From Hausera hauseri (taxonomy: Eukaryota): a DNA stretch of 63,805 bases. Where the stretch lies: contig JBJURY010000012.1 in NCBI GenBank assembly GCA_046269625.1, positions 196 to 64,000 on the forward strand, read 5' to 3'. Shown in pieces: positions 43,460 through 51,491 of this stretch. The translations under genes were made by a program, and so were the position numbers. The notes beneath the pieces were generated by a model, which ran no database searches, was not told the origin of the DNA, and saw only the letters and a program-made list of their open reading frames with translations. Position 1 is the first letter of the stretch; each line of letters starts with the position of its first letter.

Positions 43460-43532
43460 TTTTTAATAGCTCAGTTGGTAGAGCAATGGACTGAAGATCC
43501 ATGTGTCCTTAGTTCAATTCTAAGTTAAAAAG
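43460..43532 (+). tRNA. tRNA-Phe(GAA)
   Basis: ATGGA-CT GAA GA-TCCAT; acceptor stem entirely A-U. Confidence 0.92.
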
Positions 43533-43701
43533 AGTACTTTATATATTTTATGTCAGTATTAAAAATAATAACAACAATATCATTATTAATTTTTAACTTA
43601 ACTTTTAATATAGTTAATAAACCTTTATTTTTATAAGCTAGCAGAACACCTGTTAGCCATCCTTTATTATGTATATTAACCTTAATTTTTCTTTTTAACA
43701 T
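43525..43701 (-). CDS. rplS: 50S ribosomal protein L19, minimal (58 aa; not in ORF track)
   Basis: LTGVLLAYKNKGLLTILKVK...VVIIF resembles FEGVVIA.RNRGL...FTVRK...VER.F; follows rpsP. Confidence 0.7.
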   Translation of the reverse strand: MLKRKIKVNIHNKGWLTGVLLAYKNKGLLTILKVKLKINNDIVVIIFNTDIKYIKYSF

Positions 43702-43897
43702 TTTTAATAATCTTCAAAATAGAACTAGAAAACTTTATACTACTATTATTTATTCCATCAAGATTAATATTGCTATCTTTAGTTAAAGAATTAAAATAAC
43801 CTAATTTAATTTTTCTTCTCTGAGTAACTAAATAAATTCTAAAAAATTTATTAGACTTCTTCCCCCATCTAATTAACCTTACTCTCATAACTTTCAA
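43682..43897 (-). CDS. rpsP: 30S ribosomal protein S16
   Basis: VRLIRWGKKSNKFFRI, LGYFN. Confidence 0.85.
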   Translation of the reverse strand: MKVMRVRLIRWGKKSNKFFRIYLVTQRRKIKLGYFNSLTKDSNINLDGINNSSIKFSSSILKIIKNVKKKN

Positions 43898-44591
43898 AAA
43901 AATTCAAAATACTATAAATTTTTTTACCGGACAACAATTCCACTAACTTTGTACCAAAGGCAATTCGAATGTTTTTTTTCATAAAATAAAAAATATTAAT
44001 AATTTTCCTAAAACCAAAACCTAATATAATATTAGAAAAACCTAAACTAATAATATTTAATAAACTAAAAATAATTGAATTAGGATAATACTTTTTATTA
44101 CTACCAGTTATACCAATATAAGAAGTAAAATAAATTATATTATCTCTATTAATTAAACCGATGTTTTTTTTTAGAATATAATAACTATTATAATATAAAA
44201 CAGGAATAAAATAAATAACATCAATATGATTAGCAAATAAATAATCATTTAAAGAAATAACATAAAATAACGGGATATCATATACAATAATAGCTTTAAT
44301 ACCAAACAAAATAAATTTTCTTATAATATAAAAAAAATTATTATGTATATAATTAAAATTACAAACAAAAATAAAAAATAAATGTCTCCTAAAAAGAAAT
44401 AAAAGATTTAAATAATCATAACTATAACTAATATTACAAGCGGTACTTATAATACCTCTGTCTACAAAAGTACATTCAGATGTAGTAATTTCTATCATAT
44501 TAATATTTTTTAACATAAATAAATTAAGAACCTTATATAAAAAATATATATTAGGGTAACCTAAAACTAAAAAAGGAACAATATTAAACAC
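43869..44591 (-). CDS. trpA: Tryptophan synthase alpha chain (diverged)
   Basis: VPFLVLGYP, IIVYDIP, YFTSYIGITG, GFG; follows trpB. Confidence 0.85.
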   Translation of the reverse strand: MFNIVPFLVLGYPNIYFLYKVLNLFMLKNINMIEITTSECTFVDRGIISTACNISYSYDYLNLLFLFRRHLFFIFVCNFNYIHNNFFYIIRKFILFGIKAIIVYDIPLFYVISLNDYLFANHIDVIYFIPVLYYNSYYILKKNIGLINRDNIIYFTSYIGITGSNKKYYPNSIIFSLLNIISLGFSNIILGFGFRKIINIFYFMKKNIRIAFGTKLVELLSGKKIYSILNFFESYESKVN

Positions 44592-45723
44592 TTATATCCT
44601 TATCACCCCTGCCGGAAAAATTAACAAGTATAATATACTTATATTTATTATATTTAATAGCTAACTTAAATGCATAATATAAAGCATGGGATGTTTCTAA
44701 AGAAGGAATAATACCTTCAAGCCTAGAACATACATTAAACGCTCTAATTGCATTTAAATCTGTAACATACTTATAATTAACTAATCCTTTATATTTAAGA
44801 AAAGAATGTTCAGGACCTACTCCAGGATAATTCAATCCTGAAGAAATAGAATAGGAAGACTTTACACAATATGTTTTACAGCCGTGTAAAATATTCACTT
44901 TTCCAAACGTTAAAGCAGAGGAATTATTAAATTTATTCTTACCACCAGCTTCAATACCAATCAATTTAACTTTTATTTTTCTAACCAAATATTCATAAAA
45001 TATCCCAATTGCGTTTGAACCTCCACCAACACAAGCAATAATATAATCGGGATTTCGTCCCATAACACTTTTCTGAGATAAACACTCCTTACCAATTATA
45101 CTCTGAAAATTTCTAACAATCAAAGGATAAGGATGAGGACCAACTACACTACCTAATAAATAATAGGAAATATTAATATTATCACACCAATATTTAATTG
45201 CTCTATCAATAGCAGAATTTAAAGTTGAATTTTTACCTTTAATAATAATTAAAATACTTCCTAAACATAAAATTTTATTCACATTATCCATTTGCTTAAC
45301 ATAATCTCTAAAACCAATAAAAATTTTACAAACAAAATTAAATTTAGCACAACCGGCAGCAACTGCATAACCATGTTGCCCAGCACCTGTTTCAGCTATA
45401 ACTTCCTTCTTATTCAAAATTTTAGCTAAAAAAAGTTGTCCAATAACATTATTAATTTTATGAGAACCTGTATAATTTAAATCTTCTCTTTTAAAAAAAA
45501 TGTTACAGTTTCCAAATCTTAAACTTAGATTTCTTGCATAATACAAAGGGGTAGGTCTATCAGAATAACTAATTAACAAATTATAATAATATATTTTATA
45601 TTTTTTTAAAAAGAAATAATATTTTTCTTTTAAATAATTAAGTTCATTAAAAATAATATTAGAAACAAACTGACCTCCAAACTTACCAAAAAAACCATAT
45701 TTGTCAGGATAAATATAATTCAT
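44584..45723 (-). CDS. trpB: Tryptophan synthase beta chain
   Basis: KREDLNYTGSHKINN, AETGAGQHG, GGGSNAIG, SGRGDKD. Confidence 0.98.
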   Translation of the reverse strand: MNYIYPDKYGFFGKFGGQFVSNIIFNELNYLKEKYYFFLKKYKIYYYNLLISYSDRPTPLYYARNLSLRFGNCNIFFKREDLNYTGSHKINNVIGQLFLAKILNKKEVIAETGAGQHGYAVAAGCAKFNFVCKIFIGFRDYVKQMDNVNKILCLGSILIIIKGKNSTLNSAIDRAIKYWCDNINISYYLLGSVVGPHPYPLIVRNFQSIIGKECLSQKSVMGRNPDYIIACVGGGSNAIGIFYEYLVRKIKVKLIGIEAGGKNKFNNSSALTFGKVNILHGCKTYCVKSSYSISSGLNYPGVGPEHSFLKYKGLVNYKYVTDLNAIRAFNVCSRLEGIIPSLETSHALYYAFKLAIKYNKYKYIILVNFSGRGDKDISV

Positions 45724-46309
45724 TCTTCTTTAACAAAAGAAGAAAAATATTTTTTTTTACTTTCCTATTTCTTTTCTCAATACCGGACGATAAATCGAAA
45801 GATTTTCTATAAAAAAAATATTTTTCTAAAAAATTTAAAAAATTTAAACCACCTGATAAAAAATATATTTTATTAAGATTTAAAATAACAAAATAATGTT
45901 CAAAACCAATACCACCCCAATTAAATAATTTATATTCAAAAACTGGAATACTAACACATTTAATACTTTCCAAATAACACAAATATACTAAAATAATATT
46001 AAAATTCAACATAATAATTTTCAAAAATCTTTTACATAATAATCTTGAAAAAAAAGTACATATAATATTCTCCTCTACTGAGTGGAATTGGATAATACTT
46101 AGAAAAAAAATATTACTAAATAAAAAATACAATAATATTTCTATAACAACACCAATATAAATGCATTCATAAAGAAGATTATTGATACTAAAAAATCTTT
46201 TGCAAATAAACAATATTAAACCTAACAAAACAATATTAAAAAATTTAAACAAAAAAGAATCTACAATTCTTCTTAAACTACAAAACTTAATTGTATTCAA
46301 TATACTCAA
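45704..46309 (-). CDS. trpF: Phosphoribosylanthranilate isomerase (highly diverged)
   Basis: IKFCSL, IQFH, GGIG, LSGGLN, DLSSGIE. Confidence 0.82.
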   Translation of the reverse strand: MSILNTIKFCSLRRIVDSFLFKFFNIVLLGLILFICKRFFSINNLLYECIYIGVVIEILLYFLFSNIFFLSIIQFHSVEENIICTFFSRLLCKRFLKIIMLNFNIILVYLCYLESIKCVSIPVFEYKLFNWGGIGFEHYFVILNLNKIYFLSGGLNFLNFLEKYFFYRKSFDLSSGIEKRNRKVKKNIFLLLLKKNELYLS

Positions 46310-47351
46310 CTAATAATAATAAAAACTTTAACATAGGATAAACAGTTCCCCATAACAATTGATCAGCAATAACAAATATAGAAAACTTATTTTTAGAAAC
46401 TTTTTTAATTCTACTTATAACTATAAAACCATTACCTGAAATCTTTATAGGATCTGCAAAATTCAAAGTATCACGAAAACTATTATTTAATAATATTAAA
46501 TCTGAATGATAAGTAGATAAAACTCTCTTAATATAAGTCAAGGAAATTGGACTATCTAAAGTAATTAATAAAGATAAGGAATGACATCTAATACTATTCA
46601 CTCTAATACAAGTACTATAAACATTTATTTTATTATAATACACACACAAAATCTTATTAACTTCGAATTCCCCTTTATCTTCCTCTTCTGAACTAATTTT
46701 ATCACCCCCTCCAATCCAGGGGATTAAAGAATAAAAAATATCTCTATAGATAAATTTATATCTATAAAATCTCCTAAAAATACTATTTATACCGAAATTA
46801 GATATTTTTTTAACATTATTCAAAAAAAAATAGGAACTATCAAGTAATTCAAAGAATGAATTTATACCAGCTCCCGAAATAGATTGATAAGTAGAACAAG
46901 TAATACTTTTAATATATCTTCTATTTAATATCCCTCCTAAAGCCATCAACATGATATTAACAGTGCAATTTCCTCCAGAAAAAAATCTAATACCTTTTTT
47001 TAAATATTCTAATACTTTATCCTTATTAATAGTATCTAAAAATATAAACGAATAATCCTTTTTTCTAAGAAATGACGATGCATCTATTATATATCCTTTC
47101 CAATAACTATAATATAAATAATAAAAAATCTTTTTTACTAAACAACTATCAGAACAAAATATCAATATATCACACTTTAGAATATTATCAAAATCACTAA
47201 CATGAAAAACTCGATTAAAATCTACAAAATTATAATTCTCTGAAAAATAAACAAAAGGTTTATTAAGAACTTCATACATTTTAAAATTATTAAGTAAAAT
47301 ACTACCTACTAATCCCCTCCAACCAAAAAAACCTATTCTTTTAATATTCAT
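46287..47351 (-). CDS. asd: Aspartate-semialdehyde dehydrogenase
   Basis: GWRGLVGS, IDASS.LR, GGNCTV, TYQ.ISGAG, LIPWI, DQLLWG. Confidence 0.95.
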   Translation of the reverse strand: MNIKRIGFFGWRGLVGSILLNNFKMYEVLNKPFVYFSENYNFVDFNRVFHVSDFDNILKCDILIFCSDSCLVKKIFYYLYYSYWKGYIIDASSFLRKKDYSFIFLDTINKDKVLEYLKKGIRFFSGGNCTVNIMLMALGGILNRRYIKSITCSTYQSISGAGINSFFELLDSSYFFLNNVKKISNFGINSIFRRFYRYKFIYRDIFYSLIPWIGGGDKISSEEEDKGEFEVNKILCVYYNKINVYSTCIRVNSIRCHSLSLLITLDSPISLTYIKRVLSTYHSDLILLNNSFRDTLNFADPIKISGNGFIVISRIKKVSKNKFSIFVIADQLLWGTVYPMLKFLLLLVEYIEYN

Positions 47352-48148
47352 ACAATAAAATAAATATAATCAAATAATACATCTAAAATTATATCACTAT
47401 TAAATAAATAAAAATGGAATTTTATAATATTCTCAGAAAATAATCTTGAAAATAAAAAATTAATAATTTCAAAAGAAAAAATAAAACAATTTCTGAACAC
47501 AATCATTTTTAGATAAAACCAACTAGGAAAATCAATACTAAATCTTTTAATAATTGATTTTAAACCATGAAAATTAGAAACACAAGCTAAACCTGGTAAT
47601 AAATTATTTCTATTAACTAAATAACAAAATTCCTTAATAATGTTAAAATAAGAATCAATGTTATAAAATAACTGAGTTATAAAAAAACTGGACATCAAAT
47701 ATTTTTTTTTCTTTAACAAACCCAAACTATATACATAATCTGTTTTATTATATCCTTCAGGATATAGTGAAACACCAATCCTAATCTTAGATCCAAAATA
47801 CTTCTTTAAAAAAATAATTAAATCAGTAGAATAATCAAAATAACTTAAATATTTTTCTTCACCAAAAATAATAACAAAATTATAAATAAAATTATTTATA
47901 TAAACTCTAATTACATTAAATATGTCAATATAACTAATACCCACACAAGGAATATGGGGAAAAATACTAAAGCCTATCTTACTAACAAACAACACAGTTT
48001 TAATAGTATTAAAATAATTTAATAAATTAAAAGTAATACTAACAAAACTAGGAACCAAAAAAAAAAGCTTATAACAAATCCTAAAAATAATAAACTTACT
48101 AATATAAGTCCTATAAGGAAAAAATTCAAAAGAAAAACAAAGATTCAT
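47348..48148 (-). CDS. metF: 5,10-methylenetetrahydrofolate reductase
   Basis: FSFEFFP, PSFVSIT, YPE, ITQLFY, FHFYLFN. Confidence 0.9.
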   Translation of the reverse strand: MNLCFSFEFFPYRTYISKFIIFRICYKLFFLVPSFVSITFNLLNYFNTIKTVLFVSKIGFSIFPHIPCVGISYIDIFNVIRVYINNFIYNFVIIFGEEKYLSYFDYSTDLIIFLKKYFGSKIRIGVSLYPEGYNKTDYVYSLGLLKKKKYLMSSFFITQLFYNIDSYFNIIKEFCYLVNRNNLLPGLACVSNFHGLKSIIKRFSIDFPSWFYLKMIVFRNCFIFSFEIINFLFSRLFSENIIKFHFYLFNSDIILDVLFDYIYFIV

Positions 48149-48233
48149 AAGAGAAAAAGGGATTCGAACCCTTGATGAATATTTTCATAAATGATTTCTA
48201 ATCAAACGACTTAGACCACTCATCCATTTCTCA
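48149..48233 (-). tRNA. tRNA-Ser with AGA anticodon
   Basis: Ser-type D arm GAT GAGTGGTCTAA GTC; TGA-TT AGA AA-TCA; long variable arm ATGAA..TTCAT; AAGGG TTCGAAT CCCTT. Confidence 0.82.
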
Positions 48234-48234
48234 A

Positions 48235-48307
48235 TACGAGAAAAAGGACTTGAACCTTTAAAATATAGATCCTAAATCTACCATGTCTACCATTTCATCA
48301 CTCTCGA
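48235..48307 (-). tRNA. tRNA-Leu(UAG), short variable region
   Basis: ATG AAATGGTAGA CAT D arm; GTAGA-TT TAG GA-TCTAT; 5-nt variable loop; A73. Confidence 0.85.
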
Positions 48308-51277
48308 CCTATATCTAAACTTAGGAGAATAATTATCAATATATCTTTTAATAAAAAAAATTCTAGTAACAAAAAAAAATTTTTTAACAAAATAAAAAAC
48401 ATAAACTATATCATCTGTAATTACTTTAATATTTTTAAATTTAAATAAAATAAAAGTCTTAATATGATTTTCCCCTTTCAGAATAATACTAAAATAATTA
48501 CTAAATTCCTTGACAGAAATAACAATTCCATAAAAAACAGGACTAAAAAAAATATCAAATCTTTTAAATAAAATAAGAGGATTAATAGAAAAAAAGAAAC
48601 CTAACAATTTTTTTTCCATAATTAAATAACAATATTTATTTAATCTACAAGTACAAATAAGATTAGCATCATCAACAAATTGTTCTAACTTATTAAAATA
48701 TTTATCTAATTCAAAAAACAATTTTTCTTTGCACTTTGTTAAATTATTAAATGCGCCCAAAAATATTAAAGATTTAATAACTCTATAATTAACAAGTCTT
48801 TTATTAATTCTCAGGTAAAAATCTCTAAAATTATAAAATTTTCTAATCTGTCTTGCCCTTAAAATTTCATTAAAAGAAGATATTCCTAAACCTTTTATAA
48901 CATTAAAACCAAAAATAATACAATTCTTACTCAATATAAAAAAATTATAATAAGATAAATTAATCTCTACAGATAAAACTAACACCTTCTTTCTTCTAGA
49001 TTCATTAATTAACCCTTCAATTTTAATAGGATTATTATAATAACAATTAATACAATTAACAATAAAACAAGTAAAAAAATTATACTTTAGCCAAAGCATA
49101 TAATAAGTAATTAAAGAATAAGAGGTGGCGTGTGATTTATTGAAACTATAACCAATAGATTTAGATAAAAGATTAAAAATTAAAATAGATTTATTTTTAC
49201 TAAACACATTACATGATAAGAAATACTTTTTTTCTAAAGTAATATATAATTCACTACCTTTAGCTAAATTTTTTCTAAATCTATCAGCTCTATTATAACT
49301 ATAATTAAATATCTTCTTTAATATTTCTAACACTTGTTCCTGATAAATAATAATACCATTAGTATCATTCAAAATATAATCAATACCTTTATCATTAAAA
49401 TCAGATACTAATACCTTTTTTCTTTTCCTTAAAATATATTCACTAATTAGATTAATAGGACCTGGACGATATAAAGATATTATATCAACTATATCTTTAA
49501 AACAATTTATATTAATTCTATAAAGTAACCTTTTCAAACCTGTACCTTCTAATTGAAATATTCCACAAGTATAACCTGTATTTATTAAAGAATACATACC
49601 TCTACTATTTAAAGGTAATTCAAAAAAATTTGCATTAATATTACTTTTTTTCTTAATAATGTATATAAGAGATAAAGCAGTTAAACCTAACAAATCTATT
49701 TTTATTATCTTTAATTTTTCTATATCTTGTTTATCATATTGAGTAACAAAAATATTATTTTTTCTAATATAAAACAGTGGTAAAAAATTTTTTCCTTCTA
49801 AAATAACAATACCAGCTGCATGTATACCTATATTTTTAACTAAACCTTCAACTTTTAGCGCACAAGAAAGAATCTTCTTTGACAAATTATTATTTAAAAA
49901 ACTAATATCTCTATTATTACTTAGAATATTTGATATACTTTTATCATTTTTATTATAATCAGAAAAATAAGTTGATAAATTATCAACATAATTATATCTG
50001 ATGCCTAATATCCTTCCAGTATCCCTTATAGAAGACTTAGGTGAAAATCTATTATAAGTAACTATATTAACTACTTTATTAATTCTAAAACTATCCTTAA
50101 CATATTTAACTACCTTATCTCTACTAAACTGACAAATATCAATATCAAAATCTGGATAGGTATCCATTTCAAAATTAAGAAATCTTTCAAATATAAGTTT
50201 ATAACTAATAGGATCAACTTGAGTGATCCTTAAAATATAAGATATTAAAGAACTAGAACAAGAACCCCTACCTGGACCTATTTGAATATCATTAAATCTA
50301 GACCAACATAATATTTTGTAAACTATTAAAAAATATTTAGAATAATTCATTAAAAAAATAACTTTTAATTCACTAAGTAATCTAATATAATAAATAAAAA
50401 AATTATATTTAAAAAATTTTCTAAACCTATAACTTAGAATGCTAAAAAGTTTAAAATCTAAATTTGTAATTCTTGAATTTACTTTTAAATCAAAAATATT
50501 AAAATTACACTTTATACTTAAATTTTTTAAATTTAATAAAGTAAAAGGAATATCAGAAAAAACAGAAATAAATTTCTTTTTTGAAATAAAAGAAAAATTA
50601 TCAAAAAAAGATCTTAAAAAACTACATTCACTAATATACTTCTTATTAAGAATACAATATTTATAAATATAACTATAAAAATCGAAACGATCTACAAATC
50701 TAACAATACAAGTTGCGACCATTGGAATACCTAATAAATAAGATAAAATAATAAATCTATCAGTAAAATAATAAGATATCTTTGTATTTCTTTGTGCTTC
50801 AAAATAAAAGAATTTCAATTTATTTATTAAACTTAAAACTATACATTTTATAATAAAATTACTCTTATAAATAATATTTTTTAGTATACCACTATCAGAA
50901 CCGGATAAAAAAAATATCCCTTTTACATTACTACTATTAAACCACTTAAATTTAAAAATAAGTACATTTTTTTTTGAATAATATTCCCAAGACTTATTTA
51001 ATATTCTACACAAATTCCTATAACCAATTTTATTCTTAACATACAAAGTAATATTACCGTTAATAATATAATTATAATATAAAAATATCTCACAACCAAT
51101 AATAGGTTTAATATTATATTTAATACAAGTAATAAAAAATTTAATAGCACCAGAAATACTAAAATAATCAACTAAAGTACAATACTTTTGTCCATCTTTC
51201 TTAACCACTTTCAAAAGTTTTTCAAAATTAATAACTCCAAATTTAAGATTGTATTCAGAACAAACTTTATAATTCAT
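48287..51277 (-). CDS. dnaE: DNA polymerase III alpha subunit
   Basis: KPIIGCE, GPGRGS, FERFLN, PDFDID, HAAG, KIDLLGL, FQLE, YSFNKSHA. Confidence 0.97.
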   Translation of the reverse strand: MNYKVCSEYNLKFGVINFEKLLKVVKKDGQKYCTLVDYFSISGAIKFFITCIKYNIKPIIGCEIFLYYNYIINGNITLYVKNKIGYRNLCRILNKSWEYYSKKNVLIFKFKWFNSSNVKGIFFLSGSDSGILKNIIYKSNFIIKCIVLSLINKLKFFYFEAQRNTKISYYFTDRFIILSYLLGIPMVATCIVRFVDRFDFYSYIYKYCILNKKYISECSFLRSFFDNFSFISKKKFISVFSDIPFTLLNLKNLSIKCNFNIFDLKVNSRITNLDFKLFSILSYRFRKFFKYNFFIYYIRLLSELKVIFLMNYSKYFLIVYKILCWSRFNDIQIGPGRGSCSSSLISYILRITQVDPISYKLIFERFLNFEMDTYPDFDIDICQFSRDKVVKYVKDSFRINKVVNIVTYNRFSPKSSIRDTGRILGIRYNYVDNLSTYFSDYNKNDKSISNILSNNRDISFLNNNLSKKILSCALKVEGLVKNIGIHAAGIVILEGKNFLPLFYIRKNNIFVTQYDKQDIEKLKIIKIDLLGLTALSLIYIIKKKSNINANFFELPLNSRGMYSLINTGYTCGIFQLEGTGLKRLLYRININCFKDIVDIISLYRPGPINLISEYILRKRKKVLVSDFNDKGIDYILNDTNGIIIYQEQVLEILKKIFNYSYNRADRFRKNLAKGSELYITLEKKYFLSCNVFSKNKSILIFNLLSKSIGYSFNKSHATSYSLITYYMLWLKYNFFTCFIVNCINCYYNNPIKIEGLINESRRKKVLVLSVEINLSYYNFFILSKNCIIFGFNVIKGLGISSFNEILRARQIRKFYNFRDFYLRINKRLVNYRVIKSLIFLGAFNNLTKCKEKLFFELDKYFNKLEQFVDDANLICTCRLNKYCYLIMEKKLLGFFFSINPLILFKRFDIFFSPVFYGIVISVKEFSNYFSIILKGENHIKTFILFKFKNIKVITDDIVYVFYFVKKFFFVTRIFFIKRYIDNYSPKFRYRSRVMKW

Positions 51278-51278
51278 A

Positions 51279-51491
51279 TAGGCCGTAATGGATTTGAACC
51301 AATGACCTAAGGATTATGCAAAAGGACTATTTCATAATATTAAAAATATTTTTCCCGTATAGTCTCTACACAATGAATATATAAATATATAAAATTAGCA
51401 CGAAATACGTTAGCTCCTTCGATTTAGAGAAAATTTACTTCAATAAGTAACCCAATAAAGTCCATTGCTCTACCAACTGAGCTAACGGCCT
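51279..51491 (-). tRNA. tRNA-Ile2(CAU), ileX-like, interrupted by an intron (exons 51491-51459 and 51318-51279)
   Basis: Joined exons give AGGCCGT TA GCTC AGTTGGTA GAGC A ATGGA CT|CAT AA TCCTT AGGTC ATTGG TTCAAAT CCATT ACGGCCT A; position downstream of rpoD matches ileX. Confidence 0.85.
51319..51458 (-). ncRNA. Group I intron, 140 nt
   Basis: Exon ends in U and intron ends in G; R element GTAGAGACTATA, S element ATGAAATAGTCC; P1, P2, P3, P4, P7 and P8 pairings visible. Confidence 0.88.

Noticed and set aside
51319-51458. Insert as a phage or integrative element scar, or carrying a homing endonuclease
   Set aside because: No duplicated tRNA end, no integrase and no ORF; group I core motifs explain it
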